Part shown: positions 29,701 to 37,448 of the stretch, piece by piece
Numbering within the stretch: position 1 is the stretch's first letter
Layout of the letters: each line of letters opens with the position of its first letter
Virus record (IMG/VR): IMGVR_UViG_3300028591_000184
Coordinates: 1 to 64,000 of that record
Source: a virus
Taxonomy: Duplodnaviria > Caudoviricetes
Strand: one strand, 5' to 3'
DNA: 64,000 bases
Program-made: the position numbers and the translations under genes
The notes under the pieces: generated by a model
Databases searched by the model: none
Told to the model about the DNA's origin: nothing
Seen by the model: only the letters and a program-made list of their open reading frames with translations

Positions 29701-30400
29701 GTTTACCAGAAATGCCGTCGAGCATAGACATTAGGAGTCTGGCATGGGTGATTTCCTGTTGACTGCCCTTCTCACTGGCAGCACTGAGGTTGGCACGGGC
29801 CGTAGCTATCCTTGCCAACGCATCCTTCACCCGTTCCTGGTTCTTCGCATTTATTGCTGCAGCCTTGTCTGCATCATTGAAAGCACCCTCTATCTCTTTT
29901 ACGGCTTCTTTCTGAGCCTTTGCACGCTCTCTTATCTGTTTATCAAGGCCCTTGTCCATAGCAGATGTGGAACTCTTTGCCTCTTTCAACGCAATGTCGG
30001 CACTCAAAGACGACAGAATATCTTTGACGGCAGTCTTGGAAAGTTGCGCCTCTACACCGATGTTCATCAATTTGTTGATAATGTCATCAAGTCTTGCAGA
30101 GACTTGCAATATCTTTGACTCATCCATCCCAAGGAAACCATCAGAACGCATCGACGCATTACGGGACAAGGCCTTATCGACATTCTCTTTCGCGGTGAGA
30201 AGTTTATATAAAGCCTTTTCCGCTTCGTTAATGTTTTTTGAAAAGTTCTTCTGTACCTGTTCTGCTGATAGCTTGCTGGTGTCTACCTGTAATTTCTGAA
30301 TGACTTCTCGGAGGTGTTCGCCGTCCTTGGCAGCTGACTTGATTTGCTCTTCAAGCTTACCCCTCATACCCCACTCAAAATACATGCTGTCTTGTGCCAT
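23798..30400 (-). CDS. tape measure protein
   Basis: 2200-aa Ala/Lys/Glu-rich helical protein with a tape-measure N domain (SPFGVVQL...LADISAATG...GHVRSEGAL...GGMFYN). Confidence 0.93.
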   Translation of the reverse strand: MAQDSMYFEWGMRGKLEEQIKSAAKDGEHLREVIQKLQVDTSKLSAEQVQKNFSKNINEAEKALYKLLTAKENVDKALSRNASMRSDGFLGMDESKILQVSARLDDIINKLMNIGVEAQLSKTAVKDILSSLSADIALKEAKSSTSAMDKGLDKQIRERAKAQKEAVKEIEGAFNDADKAAAINAKNQERVKDALARIATARANLSAASEKGSQQEITHARLLMSMLDGISGKLNALKGQFLGEKGALDGVLGSGYKGLMRNVSVAIRDLISGMLNAGGMSDSQWNAEKALAAQLERRKDITAAVNEEAAAESRINELIAMRQHRLEMEAQKIRENNEAMQRRAEIEGNSAAWHTRNAELAAQAEREKELLRLREVIIKRYNDEAAAQAQATAQKERATQAAHKQAQASAETQRNLNKEAGEVVRLRLEMLKTQAVQLQGLIKNGKGTFDDAQLEQYRNALRDIVREITTLKGVMDNLGSFTGRNGSGLLVFGSGTNYSPLIAYGQQVLDDSRAVNVLTDSERKFMESINSASSALRGHGALLGDLQMMATQYLSLWGVRSFLNNIIETGGLLEQQRLSIGAILGSMDKAEVVFGKIKDLAVKSPFGVVQLDTMSKQLTAYGFEYEELFDWTKRLADISAATGTEVSRLALALGHVRSEGALSGYTLRQFAMGNVPMLQKLADNLGITTKEVRERTKKKEIGYDEVKKVLQDLTDEGGMFYNAQEVMSEALNAKYKNLRDAFDIMYGEIAESGVGDLLKGIAEALTAGAKEWHRFGTDILFTAGAFGIVKASIAAYQSGMIALSRQMGVLALNTKSYTAAQVQQLATEGAITREQLLRAVASGRLSVEQARLAGATLRVSEATLLQAASSGTVTKAMLGNAMATSRFTVAQLRLMATLRAQGVMFPVLRVGLMGLASGFRAVGAAMKSFLPFLAIGAVVDIFSRWSQQKDAARDAAGETASSMTAQLSDIKSIYDSLSKKKPDDLAVPVKEMTEALKDIGAYSSIQKEVEAADTLEKKYAILYGKTKELSKGYEEMKASIEAYIEAANRVGGGILSDNMKKDIEQYGAAVIDEKVARNSAGKFSDIYTKELEKKLKEDGKWLESKMRDMDWSELFKELSSAEQYGFAQNTLKPTRWIWDSKETSIEKDRYYESSEALMKYIEAMEKTKATREEVMSDMPKYIEYVKLAAESYSSFIAGLDANKMSTWGDDDFKVYAEGVRQWLSSLNVPEEVKEDLKQKFIESFPEDIQVKIKAALENVEAEEKLTGWQADMQAYFDKHGINIKLSADDSVQSVEKKLQEARKKAQEKMDSMGAILTYWKIKPDLSAVKKFIDDHPTLKGLIDSVFGDFTKSKSEVEAIDQAHLDTGLSVEDDKKKHRNGGNKTDEQLKKVKERFEEIKTFYSEYKKYAKTYGKEGALVKLEALFPDLKGKDGQHLGSRIVNDYQNVLKEVRDSINGNTTERKKYKQSVSKLLADIDLDTVKEQLDKNLKAVEKEIQERTSQWNLYKSLLDKTGNKEFAMNAFSDGVLWDDATRGMRQRLEEMVGKPVTDWDASDESAKKAFGEDSAALKLYLEIVKDIRKNWTDSLNEVATATEKLLTIEEKIANTENELADLRRNYGANDPRVIAKERDLGKLQVEAFEQSEPYLKFYSAIFAMAADEAEAVGMSIKENLVNQLAEGKINADKYLKSIKNIDQQLQKMRGVRSDALTLMTGGVRGLLEKRSNVYDSKAAAAAIRIQKEQEKIDKERRAIQNATTKKEKEAAQLRLISAQANKKFAETELRDAQKKLGWTQESLQQANDILAVMELVTGAIEGMKQSAQQLSDMFDALGHEHTANKWSDISDTIGALGAPVSESANALKSAMSGDVGGAISHTVGIFTSPVTAFAKLHDKKLQRRIEESERNVRSLTTAYQNLQSAIESALGGIYATGGYNEMYENLQKQREEIQRQYDDEAAKKKSDKDKLADYEQQLKEMDESIKNFGLDMAKALYDIDLHSWASQLTEVIVGAWEKGEDAAEAYKDKVKELMKDLTSNILTKKVMERAFDTLGIDKMISEEMFNTEGKLSEDFIPRLTEALLKVGDVTTDVITGVLNELEGKGVIEKGSESKTSSKVIQGGFTEQETGLLLSYVNAIRGDVSENRMTLVGILNAVQTQTEMPVIARAQLQQLQQVAENTRRNADAADRIYEVLHSNILGANSFQIK

Positions 30401-30470
30401 ATATGTTTAACTTTGTTAAATTATTAAACTATTTGTGTGCTATTAAAATTTGTATCTCTATCTTTGCAGT

Positions 30471-30950
30471 ATGAAACAGATAAATATGCTTAAACTGCTT
30501 GCAGTATTATTCGTTTTTTCTTCATGTACGAGCTCTCTTGAAAAGAAAGCCCTCAAACGCTGTACGATAGTCCCGACGGAAGCCATCGGTTACAAATGTG
30601 TATCTCTAAACTTCTCCGACAAGAAGGTGTTGTTTTCCGATGACTCTATTTGTGTGGTGCAATACACTGTCAATACTGAGAATTATAGCGGAGATAGAGA
30701 AAGTATGCGAATGGAGTACTTTATTTTAAAGACGCGAGGTACAGACGAGAAACCATCGAAACTATTAGAAGCAACGTATGTTTTGGACGGGAAAACGGCT
30801 TCCCTACTTGATAATGAAGCTTCGCAATACGAATTTTTCAAAAAATATAGTAACAAACAATGGCCCAGTAGCGACTCTGAAAGAAGTAGCTTCCTAAGAA
30901 TGTTGGCGGTATTAATAAACTCCAAACACATTCAAGTCGTCGACGAGTAA
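30471..30950 (+). CDS. leaderless lipoprotein moron
   Basis: TATCTTTG at 30459-30466 then ATG 30471; lipobox VFSSC; AT-rich; antisense to the tail operon. Confidence 0.7.
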   Translation: MKQINMLKLLAVLFVFSSCTSSLEKKALKRCTIVPTEAIGYKCVSLNFSDKKVLFSDDSICVVQYTVNTENYSGDRESMRMEYFILKTRGTDEKPSKLLEATYVLDGKTASLLDNEASQYEFFKKYSNKQWPSSDSERSSFLRMLAVLINSKHIQVVDE

Positions 30951-30954
30951 TCCT

Positions 30955-31227
30955 CTATACCTTACCATTCACAAAGTCCCCTAAGTTAACCGTCTTGCCA
31001 GCCATACTGCCTTCGTCGGCATTACGCTTGGCCCACGCATCCGCTAATGCGTCCATCTCACTGACATCGGCACGCCCATTACCCATGCCTTTCTTTTCCT
31101 TGCCATAGTCTATGACAGGCTGGTCCATCACCATCAGCTCTATCTGTGCCGTCGTATATCCCCACCAGTAATCGAAGGCCCTTATACCAAACCTGCGCTC
31201 AAAAAGAAAACCAAACTTCTCACTCAA
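30955..31227 (-). CDS. tail assembly chaperone, downstream (T-like) part
   Basis: Lies between the chaperone and the TMP, in the -1 frame relative to 31224..31694. Confidence 0.7.
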   Translation of the reverse strand: MSEKFGFLFERRFGIRAFDYWWGYTTAQIELMVMDQPVIDYGKEKKGMGNGRADVSEMDALADAWAKRNADEGSMAGKTVNLGDFVNGKV

Positions 31228-31694
31228 GGAGTAGGCGGAGCCCCATCGCGTTCTACTCGGCCAAGTTCGCGTCGTGTCATCGTCATCATCGTGTCCATCA
31301 CCCCTGTCGCTAATATGGTAGCCACTGCTAACGGCTCCGATTGAATTTTTTTTTTGGAGGCATTGAGTACCCCCATCACGTCCACTTGGTCTATATCAAC
31401 CACATAGTACAACCAACGCCAATATATCCAATACCACAGATGCTCCAATAACCATGTGACAAGTCCGTACCGATGGTTCAGCAATATGCAAGCGACAATC
31501 TTTACATTGCGCTTCCAAGGGTCTTCCTCTTTCAGCATGATATGGGAGAACTTTCTCGTCACTCCGTTATGAAGCCAACCAATACAACGCTTCTTACCAT
31601 TGACAACAACGGTCTCTGGCTCTGCCTCCATGAGGCCGTCTATGAGCTGCTGTAACTCAAACGACGGCTGTTCTATCTTCTTTTCTTCTGCCAT
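31224..31694 (-). CDS. tail assembly chaperone (G-like)
   Basis: Follows the major tail protein; contains an A10 slippery run. Confidence 0.72.
   Translation of the reverse strand: MAEEKKIEQPSFELQQLIDGLMEAEPETVVVNGKKRCIGWLHNGVTRKFSHIMLKEEDPWKRNVKIVACILLNHRYGLVTWLLEHLWYWIYWRWLYYVVDIDQVDVMGVLNASKKKIQSEPLAVATILATGVMDTMMTMTRRELGRVERDGAPPTP
31346..31355 (-). other. putative -1 programmed ribosomal frameshift site
   Basis: TCC AAA AAA AAA ATT; the -1 frame is open from here into ORF 30955..31227. Confidence 0.65.
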
Positions 31695-31761
31695 GTTGTA
31701 AATTTAAAGGGGCAGCAGGGGACACCCCTACCGCCCCTCGGCTATCTGGGTTAAGGAGCGA

Positions 31762-32325
31762 TTAAGCTGCCTTCGTGAGGAACAGGATGTCGGGGTTCGT
31801 GCCGTCGGTCTCGATACTTCCATTGAAGTCGAGGGCGAACACACCCTTGGCATCTTGGTCGATGACGGGTTTTGCCCACAGAGAGGTGTTGTTCACAACG
31901 AGGATGTTCTTCTTGTCTTCGCTGACAAACACAAACGTTCCGTCCACCTTGGTCTGCTGTAGCACAAGGCCCGTGCCGGAATAGGTAGCACCATTCACGG
32001 TCGCACCGGTGATAGCCTTTACAGCATCCTCGCCGTAAGCCATCTTCAGTACGTCGGTGTGCTTCGTGGGTACGCGGAAGCTAAGGTCGATGTCACCGGC
32101 CTCGGCACTTGTAACCCAGTCACCGGGAAGACCAATGACCTTGTAGTGCTCGATAGAGGGGTCACCCTGCTCAAGATTGATGGTGTCAACCTTCACGGGA
32201 AGGTCGAAGTCGGGAGTGATGGCCAGGGCAGACAGGTCACTCATATCAAGCTCTGTCTTCTGATACCAAACGCTTGCGATACCGCTGAAAACATCCTTCA
32301 GCTCTTTCTTTGTCTTCATTGCCAT
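31762..32325 (-). CDS. major tail protein
   Basis: 187 aa after the tail terminator and before the chaperones; beta-rich. Confidence 0.75.
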   Translation of the reverse strand: MAMKTKKELKDVFSGIASVWYQKTELDMSDLSALAITPDFDLPVKVDTINLEQGDPSIEHYKVIGLPGDWVTSAEAGDIDLSFRVPTKHTDVLKMAYGEDAVKAITGATVNGATYSGTGLVLQQTKVDGTFVFVSEDKKNILVVNNTSLWAKPVIDQDAKGVFALDFNGSIETDGTNPDILFLTKAA

Positions 32326-32395
32326 AATTGTTATCCTTTCTTTTTTGATTGTTAATAATCGTATAGTATGTTGCGTTGTCAGCGCAACCCGAGAG

Positions 32396-32812
32396 TTATA
32401 CCATTGTAGTCATTTTTGCCTGTATGCGAGTGTAGTGATACCCGTTGCCGTCACTGCCTGCGTTGACAACCGTCCTCGGCCTCGTTATCTTGATGCCGAG
32501 TGTTGTGTCGACGATAGGAAATAAAGCGCGCAGACCACTTCTGAGTGTCTTCATCGGCTTCATATCGAACTCTTTAGGATTGGAGGCGGTCTTCTTGTCG
32601 GCGACGTAGATGTCAAACACGACAGTCATGTCGAGCCACCAATCATCATCTTCACCGAGCATCTTGTTTGAAACGGAGTATGGGAGCGAAACGACGATGA
32701 ACTGTGTCAGCTTGTCAGTCGAGGCATTGGGCCTGTCATGCGGATAGACCTTCGCACAAACCTTCTTGGCTTCCACGCCCATCACTTTCAGTATGTCTTC
32801 AGGTTCTATCAT
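32396..32812 (-). CDS. tail terminator / completion protein
   Basis: Synteny; KVYPHDRP...FIVVSLP. Confidence 0.6.
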   Translation of the reverse strand: MIEPEDILKVMGVEAKKVCAKVYPHDRPNASTDKLTQFIVVSLPYSVSNKMLGEDDDWWLDMTVVFDIYVADKKTASNPKEFDMKPMKTLRSGLRALFPIVDTTLGIKITRPRTVVNAGSDGNGYHYTRIQAKMTTMV

Positions 32813-32816
32813 AGCG

Positions 32817-33374
32817 TCAACCTAATTTAAATTGCCAGATATTTCCTCCTTTGCTCTCAATCACATTCGATAGCTGCAACAAAACGCGACGGGCGGTGTC
32901 CTTCTGATACTCAGCAACACTGACAACTCTGAGCGAAAACCCTTTTTGACGAGTCGACGTCCTTCGCAGCCAGTCCATCACCTCTTCATCGTAGAACACC
33001 TGTTCGGCAGTACCTTTGTATTTTTCACCGTCAATGTCGAAGGTGCGGCGTTGATAGGTCTTGTCGTAGCGTTGTGTTCCGCGCTTAAATTGGTCGCCCT
33101 CAATGAGAGTGACACGGATAGGCGACTCGACACCAGCTGTCGGCATGTTGGCAACAGCAACAGCTTTACCGTCGCGATAAAGACAGACACCGAAGGAGTT
33201 TATCCAGTTACCAGTCATGTTACCAAAGGCACTGTGTTGGTAATTCAAGGCATACTCCTTTGCCATTTCCATAATGGCAGGAAGTTGTTCTCTCAGTCGC
33301 AACTGAGCGGTGCTGTAGCAACGCTTTTGCACATTCTTGAAAAAGTGACGTATATTTACGGTCTGTCTTACCAT
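32817..33374 (-). CDS. neck protein (HK97 gp10-like position)
   Basis: Synteny; NMTGNWINSFG motif. Confidence 0.55.
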   Translation of the reverse strand: MVRQTVNIRHFFKNVQKRCYSTAQLRLREQLPAIMEMAKEYALNYQHSAFGNMTGNWINSFGVCLYRDGKAVAVANMPTAGVESPIRVTLIEGDQFKRGTQRYDKTYQRRTFDIDGEKYKGTAEQVFYDEEVMDWLRRTSTRQKGFSLRVVSVAEYQKDTARRVLLQLSNVIESKGGNIWQFKLG

Positions 33375-33376
33375 AC

Positions 33377-33739
33377 CTACTCTCCTACGTTCAGATTTCT
33401 GTTGTGCTGTCCATAGACCACCGAACGGTCGTTGTCAGGCTCAAAATCCTTTACCTCCCATTCTTCAGATATACTTCCCTTCGTGACATGCACGATGTCA
33501 CCACTCATAGGGATAAGGTTATTCCAATGGTCAAAACGGATAGGGATAGAACACTTGCGCTTGTTACTGTCAACCTTCTTGTCACCTGTCGTCGTTGTGT
33601 CGGTGTAGGAACGTCCAGGGCCAGCATATACCACAAAATCCTGCGTGCTCTCCTCATCGGAAAGCCATTCACCCACTTCCCTGCGGATGATACGGATGTA
33701 GTGTGGGTATCGCGGGTTCTGAATGACGTTCTTTCTCAT
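33377..33739 (-). CDS. head closure / stopper protein
   Basis: Synteny; NPRYPH..., GD.V.VTKG. Confidence 0.6.
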   Translation of the reverse strand: MRKNVIQNPRYPHYIRIIRREVGEWLSDEESTQDFVVYAGPGRSYTDTTTTGDKKVDSNKRKCSIPIRFDHWNNLIPMSGDIVHVTKGSISEEWEVKDFEPDNDRSVVYGQHNRNLNVGE

Positions 33740-34170
33740 CTGATTTTTCGCGGTAATGGTACTCCGTCGAGGTCTCGCATGGCTGGCATGATGCCCCTTG
33801 AATGTACCCTAATCTTCTTCTTACCAAAGACACTCTCTGGCTCCAGTTCCTCATAGATGGCATTGGCCTCATCCATCAGCAGCTTCTTATCGTCCTTGCT
33901 GAGGGTGTAACCACCTTCCGAGTGGCTCCAACCGTTGTCGGAGTCGGACGTGTTGTTAACCTTGCCGGCTCCAAGAACAATCCATTTCAGAAGGTCGGCT
34001 TTCATCAAACGAAGTGTATCGCGACCCACAACCGACTTTTCCATGTCAAGTGGTATGTCGCGCTCTGAAGCTATATGAGCCACCGTCTCTTGAGAAACGG
34101 CAAAGTTCACACAGCCGAAGATATAATCCTCGACCGTGCGAACTGACTGGGTATCATTCTCTGCGCTCAT
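33736..34170 (-). CDS. head-tail adaptor
   Basis: Synteny; helical, ADLLKW...SDSDNGWSHSEGG. Confidence 0.6.
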   Translation of the reverse strand: MSAENDTQSVRTVEDYIFGCVNFAVSQETVAHIASERDIPLDMEKSVVGRDTLRLMKADLLKWIVLGAGKVNNTSDSDNGWSHSEGGYTLSKDDKKLLMDEANAIYEELEPESVFGKKKIRVHSRGIMPAMRDLDGVPLPRKIR

Positions 34171-34189
34171 GGCTTATGACATTCATGGA

Positions 34190-34633
34190 TTAACCTTCAC
34201 CGCCACCCTGTTCGCCATCGGTATCGTCAGCACTTGCAGGGGCGTAGGCAAAAGGTAGTTTCACGTTAACCTTCAAACCTGTGCTCACTTCTCCCGCAGC
34301 ATCGACAAGCGTGATGTTCGTCGGAACATCAAACACGGTCAATTTCTTACCGTCGGGATAGGTGGCATCGGCAACATCAGCACGAACCTCCAGAGACAGC
34401 ACGCCGGGCAACAGTCCGTGATTGTCAAAGACAATACGGATGTCGCCGTCAGCGTCCGTAACACCTCGTTTGACTCCGTCTACCTGACCACCTTCGTACT
34501 TCTTGTTACCATTGGTACGGAAGGTCAGAAGGAAGTCGAAGTCGGGAAAACCGACAGTATTACCTTCGCTGTCTTCGACATGCAGAAGCACATCGAAATC
34601 CGATTTGTAATTTACCTGTCTTGTAAAATCCAT
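34190..34633 (-). CDS. beta-sandwich (BppU/Ig-like) structural protein
   Basis: NYKSDF...GFPDFDF...VFDNHGL...YPDG; in frame with the MCP, 3 nt after its stop. Confidence 0.6.
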   Translation of the reverse strand: MDFTRQVNYKSDFDVLLHVEDSEGNTVGFPDFDFLLTFRTNGNKKYEGGQVDGVKRGVTDADGDIRIVFDNHGLLPGVLSLEVRADVADATYPDGKKLTVFDVPTNITLVDAAGEVSTGLKVNVKLPFAYAPASADDTDGEQGGGEG

Positions 34634-34636
34634 ACG

Positions 34637-35824
34637 TTAGGCTGTTACAGTGGAGATATACATGTTGCGGATGAGGTTGGGAACACAGAGCTGAGCCATC
34701 TCACCGTTCACGTTGATGGAGTGTGTGCGAGGAACGTCCTCCTGCTCAATCAACAGACGGTTGCCAAGGGCGTAGGCAATCTTCTCGGGGTCGTAGCCCA
34801 TTGACAGGGGCTGAACACCCTGAATCTTGCCAAGCAGACCAGTCGGGATGAACGCAACATTCTTCGGGTCGAAGTTGTCAATGCGCTCAGTGATAAGGTC
34901 GGGCTCGCCGTCGGCGTTAACACCAGGCTTGGCGACATAGGCGTAAGTCTCGCGGATGACGATTTCGTCAACCTTGATAATCTTACGGATGGCTTCCTTG
35001 TAGGCATCCTCGTCGAGGTCTTTGATGGCGTTCAGACGAACGGTGTCGTTCTCGATGGTACGATACAGGTAGGAAGCAAGTCGCGTAAGCACCTTGCTGT
35101 GAGTCAGCATGTCGTCCCACAGGTCCTGCGAGATTTCCATCTTCAAAGGACCGTTGTAGTGCAAGGTCTTTCGGATGGCCTTCACGCGAGTCTTCAGGTA
35201 CTCAATGGGGTCTGAAGCAGAACCTTCTGTGGTGTGGTCGGCGTTCGTCCACCAACGGGCGTTTGTCGGCAGTACGTCCTTGTTGGCAGCAGGCATATTG
35301 AAGCCGATAGTGACTCCCTTGTAACCGCGAGGGTTGTTGGTGGCGTTGATGGTGAACTCACCCTTCGACACTACCTGATGACGCTGATGGTTCAGGGCGT
35401 TGACGAATGCCTGAATAAGACCATCCATACCTTCGTCCAACAGACCGAACATCACACTTGCCATCTCGTCGTCGAGAGCGGCTTCACCGAAACGCTGGGC
35501 AAGCTGCATCTGCTCACGCACAATAACGCGGTTCACAGAGTAGTACAGCTTCTGTGTCGGGATGTTACCCGTCTTGCCCTCGACAGCACCGAGCGGCATT
35601 TCATAGCCCTCACTTTCGGGGTCTACATAGGTAGGCAGCACAGTGGCACCAACCTTTGAAAGCATCTGCGCAAACGAGTAGTTCAGACTCGTGGGTGCAA
35701 AGTCGAAACCGTCGATGCTAACAGCATTGAATTTTTCTTCGTAGTGGTCTACGAAGGTCTGCATGTTCTCACCGTACAGGCCGAGCTGCACCATGTCGCG
35801 CAAAGAAACTGGAATTGTTCTCAT
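34637..35824 (-). CDS. major capsid protein
   Basis: 395 aa after scaffold and decoration genes; HK97/lambda-E-like layout. Confidence 0.85.
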   Translation of the reverse strand: MRTIPVSLRDMVQLGLYGENMQTFVDHYEEKFNAVSIDGFDFAPTSLNYSFAQMLSKVGATVLPTYVDPESEGYEMPLGAVEGKTGNIPTQKLYYSVNRVIVREQMQLAQRFGEAALDDEMASVMFGLLDEGMDGLIQAFVNALNHQRHQVVSKGEFTINATNNPRGYKGVTIGFNMPAANKDVLPTNARWWTNADHTTEGSASDPIEYLKTRVKAIRKTLHYNGPLKMEISQDLWDDMLTHSKVLTRLASYLYRTIENDTVRLNAIKDLDEDAYKEAIRKIIKVDEIVIRETYAYVAKPGVNADGEPDLITERIDNFDPKNVAFIPTGLLGKIQGVQPLSMGYDPEKIAYALGNRLLIEQEDVPRTHSINVNGEMAQLCVPNLIRNMYISTVTA

Positions 35825-35859
35825 ATCCTATTTCCTTTCTTAATTAGTTACACACTGGC

Positions 35860-36330
35860 TTAGTCTATCACGCGGATGCTCAAGCCGTTCTTCTGCGTCA
35901 TGCCCTTGACGGCGGCCGCAATAGCTGCGGCATCTTCGGGGGTGTCACCGAGCATGTAGCCGTAAATCTCACCTTTGACAATCACATTGCCCGTGGCAAC
36001 AGTGCTTGCGCTCGTCACAGGAACATCCTCCTGCAAGAAGCCGATGATAGCGAGAGAGTCGATGCCAGCAGGGCTGTCGCCTGTAATGGCGGTCTTGATG
36101 GTAGCCCAAGGAAGAACTTTGATGTCTTTCTCGTCGGCACCAGTGGCGGTGTCCTTGACGATAGCCATGCCTGAGCGGACAAGACCTGCTGTCACGAAGT
36201 CCGAAATGTTCTTAATCAGGAAGCCGCCAGGAAGCTGCTCCTCAATGCGCCGCCAAACTTTGCGGGCATGGCCGACACCGAATGACTGGGAGTCAAACGT
36301 GTTGCCGGTCTGAAAAACTGCATTTTTCAT
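35860..36330 (-). CDS. head decoration protein
   Basis: Between scaffold and MCP; G.L..DV.V...ATG.V...G motif. Confidence 0.65.
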   Translation of the reverse strand: MKNAVFQTGNTFDSQSFGVGHARKVWRRIEEQLPGGFLIKNISDFVTAGLVRSGMAIVKDTATGADEKDIKVLPWATIKTAITGDSPAGIDSLAIIGFLQEDVPVTSASTVATGNVIVKGEIYGYMLGDTPEDAAAIAAAVKGMTQKNGLSIRVID

Positions 36331-36415
36331 CTTTCTTCGTTTTTGAAATTAAACAATCTTTTTACCTTAAAGCTTCTTCTTTGTAGGCAGTGGCATCACC
36401 AAAGATATTTTGTGG

Positions 36416-37108
36416 TCAGTCCTTCTTACCCCATCCTTCCTTGGCTTTCTTCTTCTCGAACATCGCGTCGAGTTGACTTTTGCCCTTGCCTCCATAGAAA
36501 TTGCTTCTGTGCGACCGACCGGTGTCTTTCTTGTCAAGACCTGCTTCTTTCAGGTTCTTGTAGTAGTCCTTTTCGGTCTTCTTGACGAGGTCATCGACAT
36601 CCACCTGCTTTCCGTCTTCCACGTCAGGAACCTCCAAATCGCGGAGCGTCTGCTTCAAAATGTAGTCGTTGGCTTCGATGTTGGCTTCCTTGAATTTAGC
36701 CAACAGACCCTTCTTCACATCGGCGACGGTCGCGTCCTTCGCTGCTTTCGTCGCACGCTGCCTCTGGGCTTCTTCCATCGCCTCGACTCGCTTTAAAAGT
36801 TTAGCGTAGTCGTCATCTTCACCTGTTTTGTCGTCCTTCGGCTTAGGGGTGGGATTGGGCTTCGGGTGAGCGTTCTTGTAGGCGGTCACTTCTTTTGACA
36901 CATTACTGTGCAGGTTGCCGTCCATACGGAGCAGGCGTTTTGCCAGCTTGCTGACTATAGCCTTGTTAGCTTCCTCATCGTCGCCGATGTCTTCCAAAGC
37001 TTCGTCAAGCTCACCGTTGATGGTTTCTTCACTGAGAGTGGATGACAGCTTCTTTCCGTCACTTTCAAGGCTCTCGTTCACTTGCTGTAAGAGTTCTTCT
37101 CTTTCCAT
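36416..37108 (-). CDS. capsid scaffolding protein
   Basis: Charged helical protein with a PKPNPTPKP linker, first gene of the head operon. Confidence 0.7.
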   Translation of the reverse strand: MEREELLQQVNESLESDGKKLSSTLSEETINGELDEALEDIGDDEEANKAIVSKLAKRLLRMDGNLHSNVSKEVTAYKNAHPKPNPTPKPKDDKTGEDDDYAKLLKRVEAMEEAQRQRATKAAKDATVADVKKGLLAKFKEANIEANDYILKQTLRDLEVPDVEDGKQVDVDDLVKKTEKDYYKNLKEAGLDKKDTGRSHRSNFYGGKGKSQLDAMFEKKKAKEGWGKKD

Positions 37109-37330
37109 AATGTTTTTGAATTTTTGTTATCCTGAAAACAGTCCTTCTGTTTCATTGTTGCGGAAGTGGTGCTCGAAACCCACTTCGAGGATATGAACCT
37201 CGTATGCGACCATCACATTGCTTCCGCGATGTGCCCCACGCTTGGGGCTGAAACACTCTTTCGTTGCATTAATGATTGTATAAACAAGCCTTACATGCGC
37301 CAAAAAATTAATAAATATGCTAATTCACTG

Positions 37331-37380
37331 CAAAAATATGCAGAAAATTTGCAAAAACCAAATTTTTTTCTGTATTTTTG
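37331..37380. promoter_or_regulatory. overlapping back-to-back Bacteroidetes promoters
   Basis: + strand: TTTG 37348, 21 nt, TATTTTTG 37373. - strand: CAAAAATA 37331, 20 nt, CAAA 37359. Confidence 0.75.
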
Positions 37381-37448
37381 CACAAAATATTGAATATTTA
37401 TACATTTTAGTCGAAAATGCCACACTTTTAGGAGGAGATAAGGGTGTA

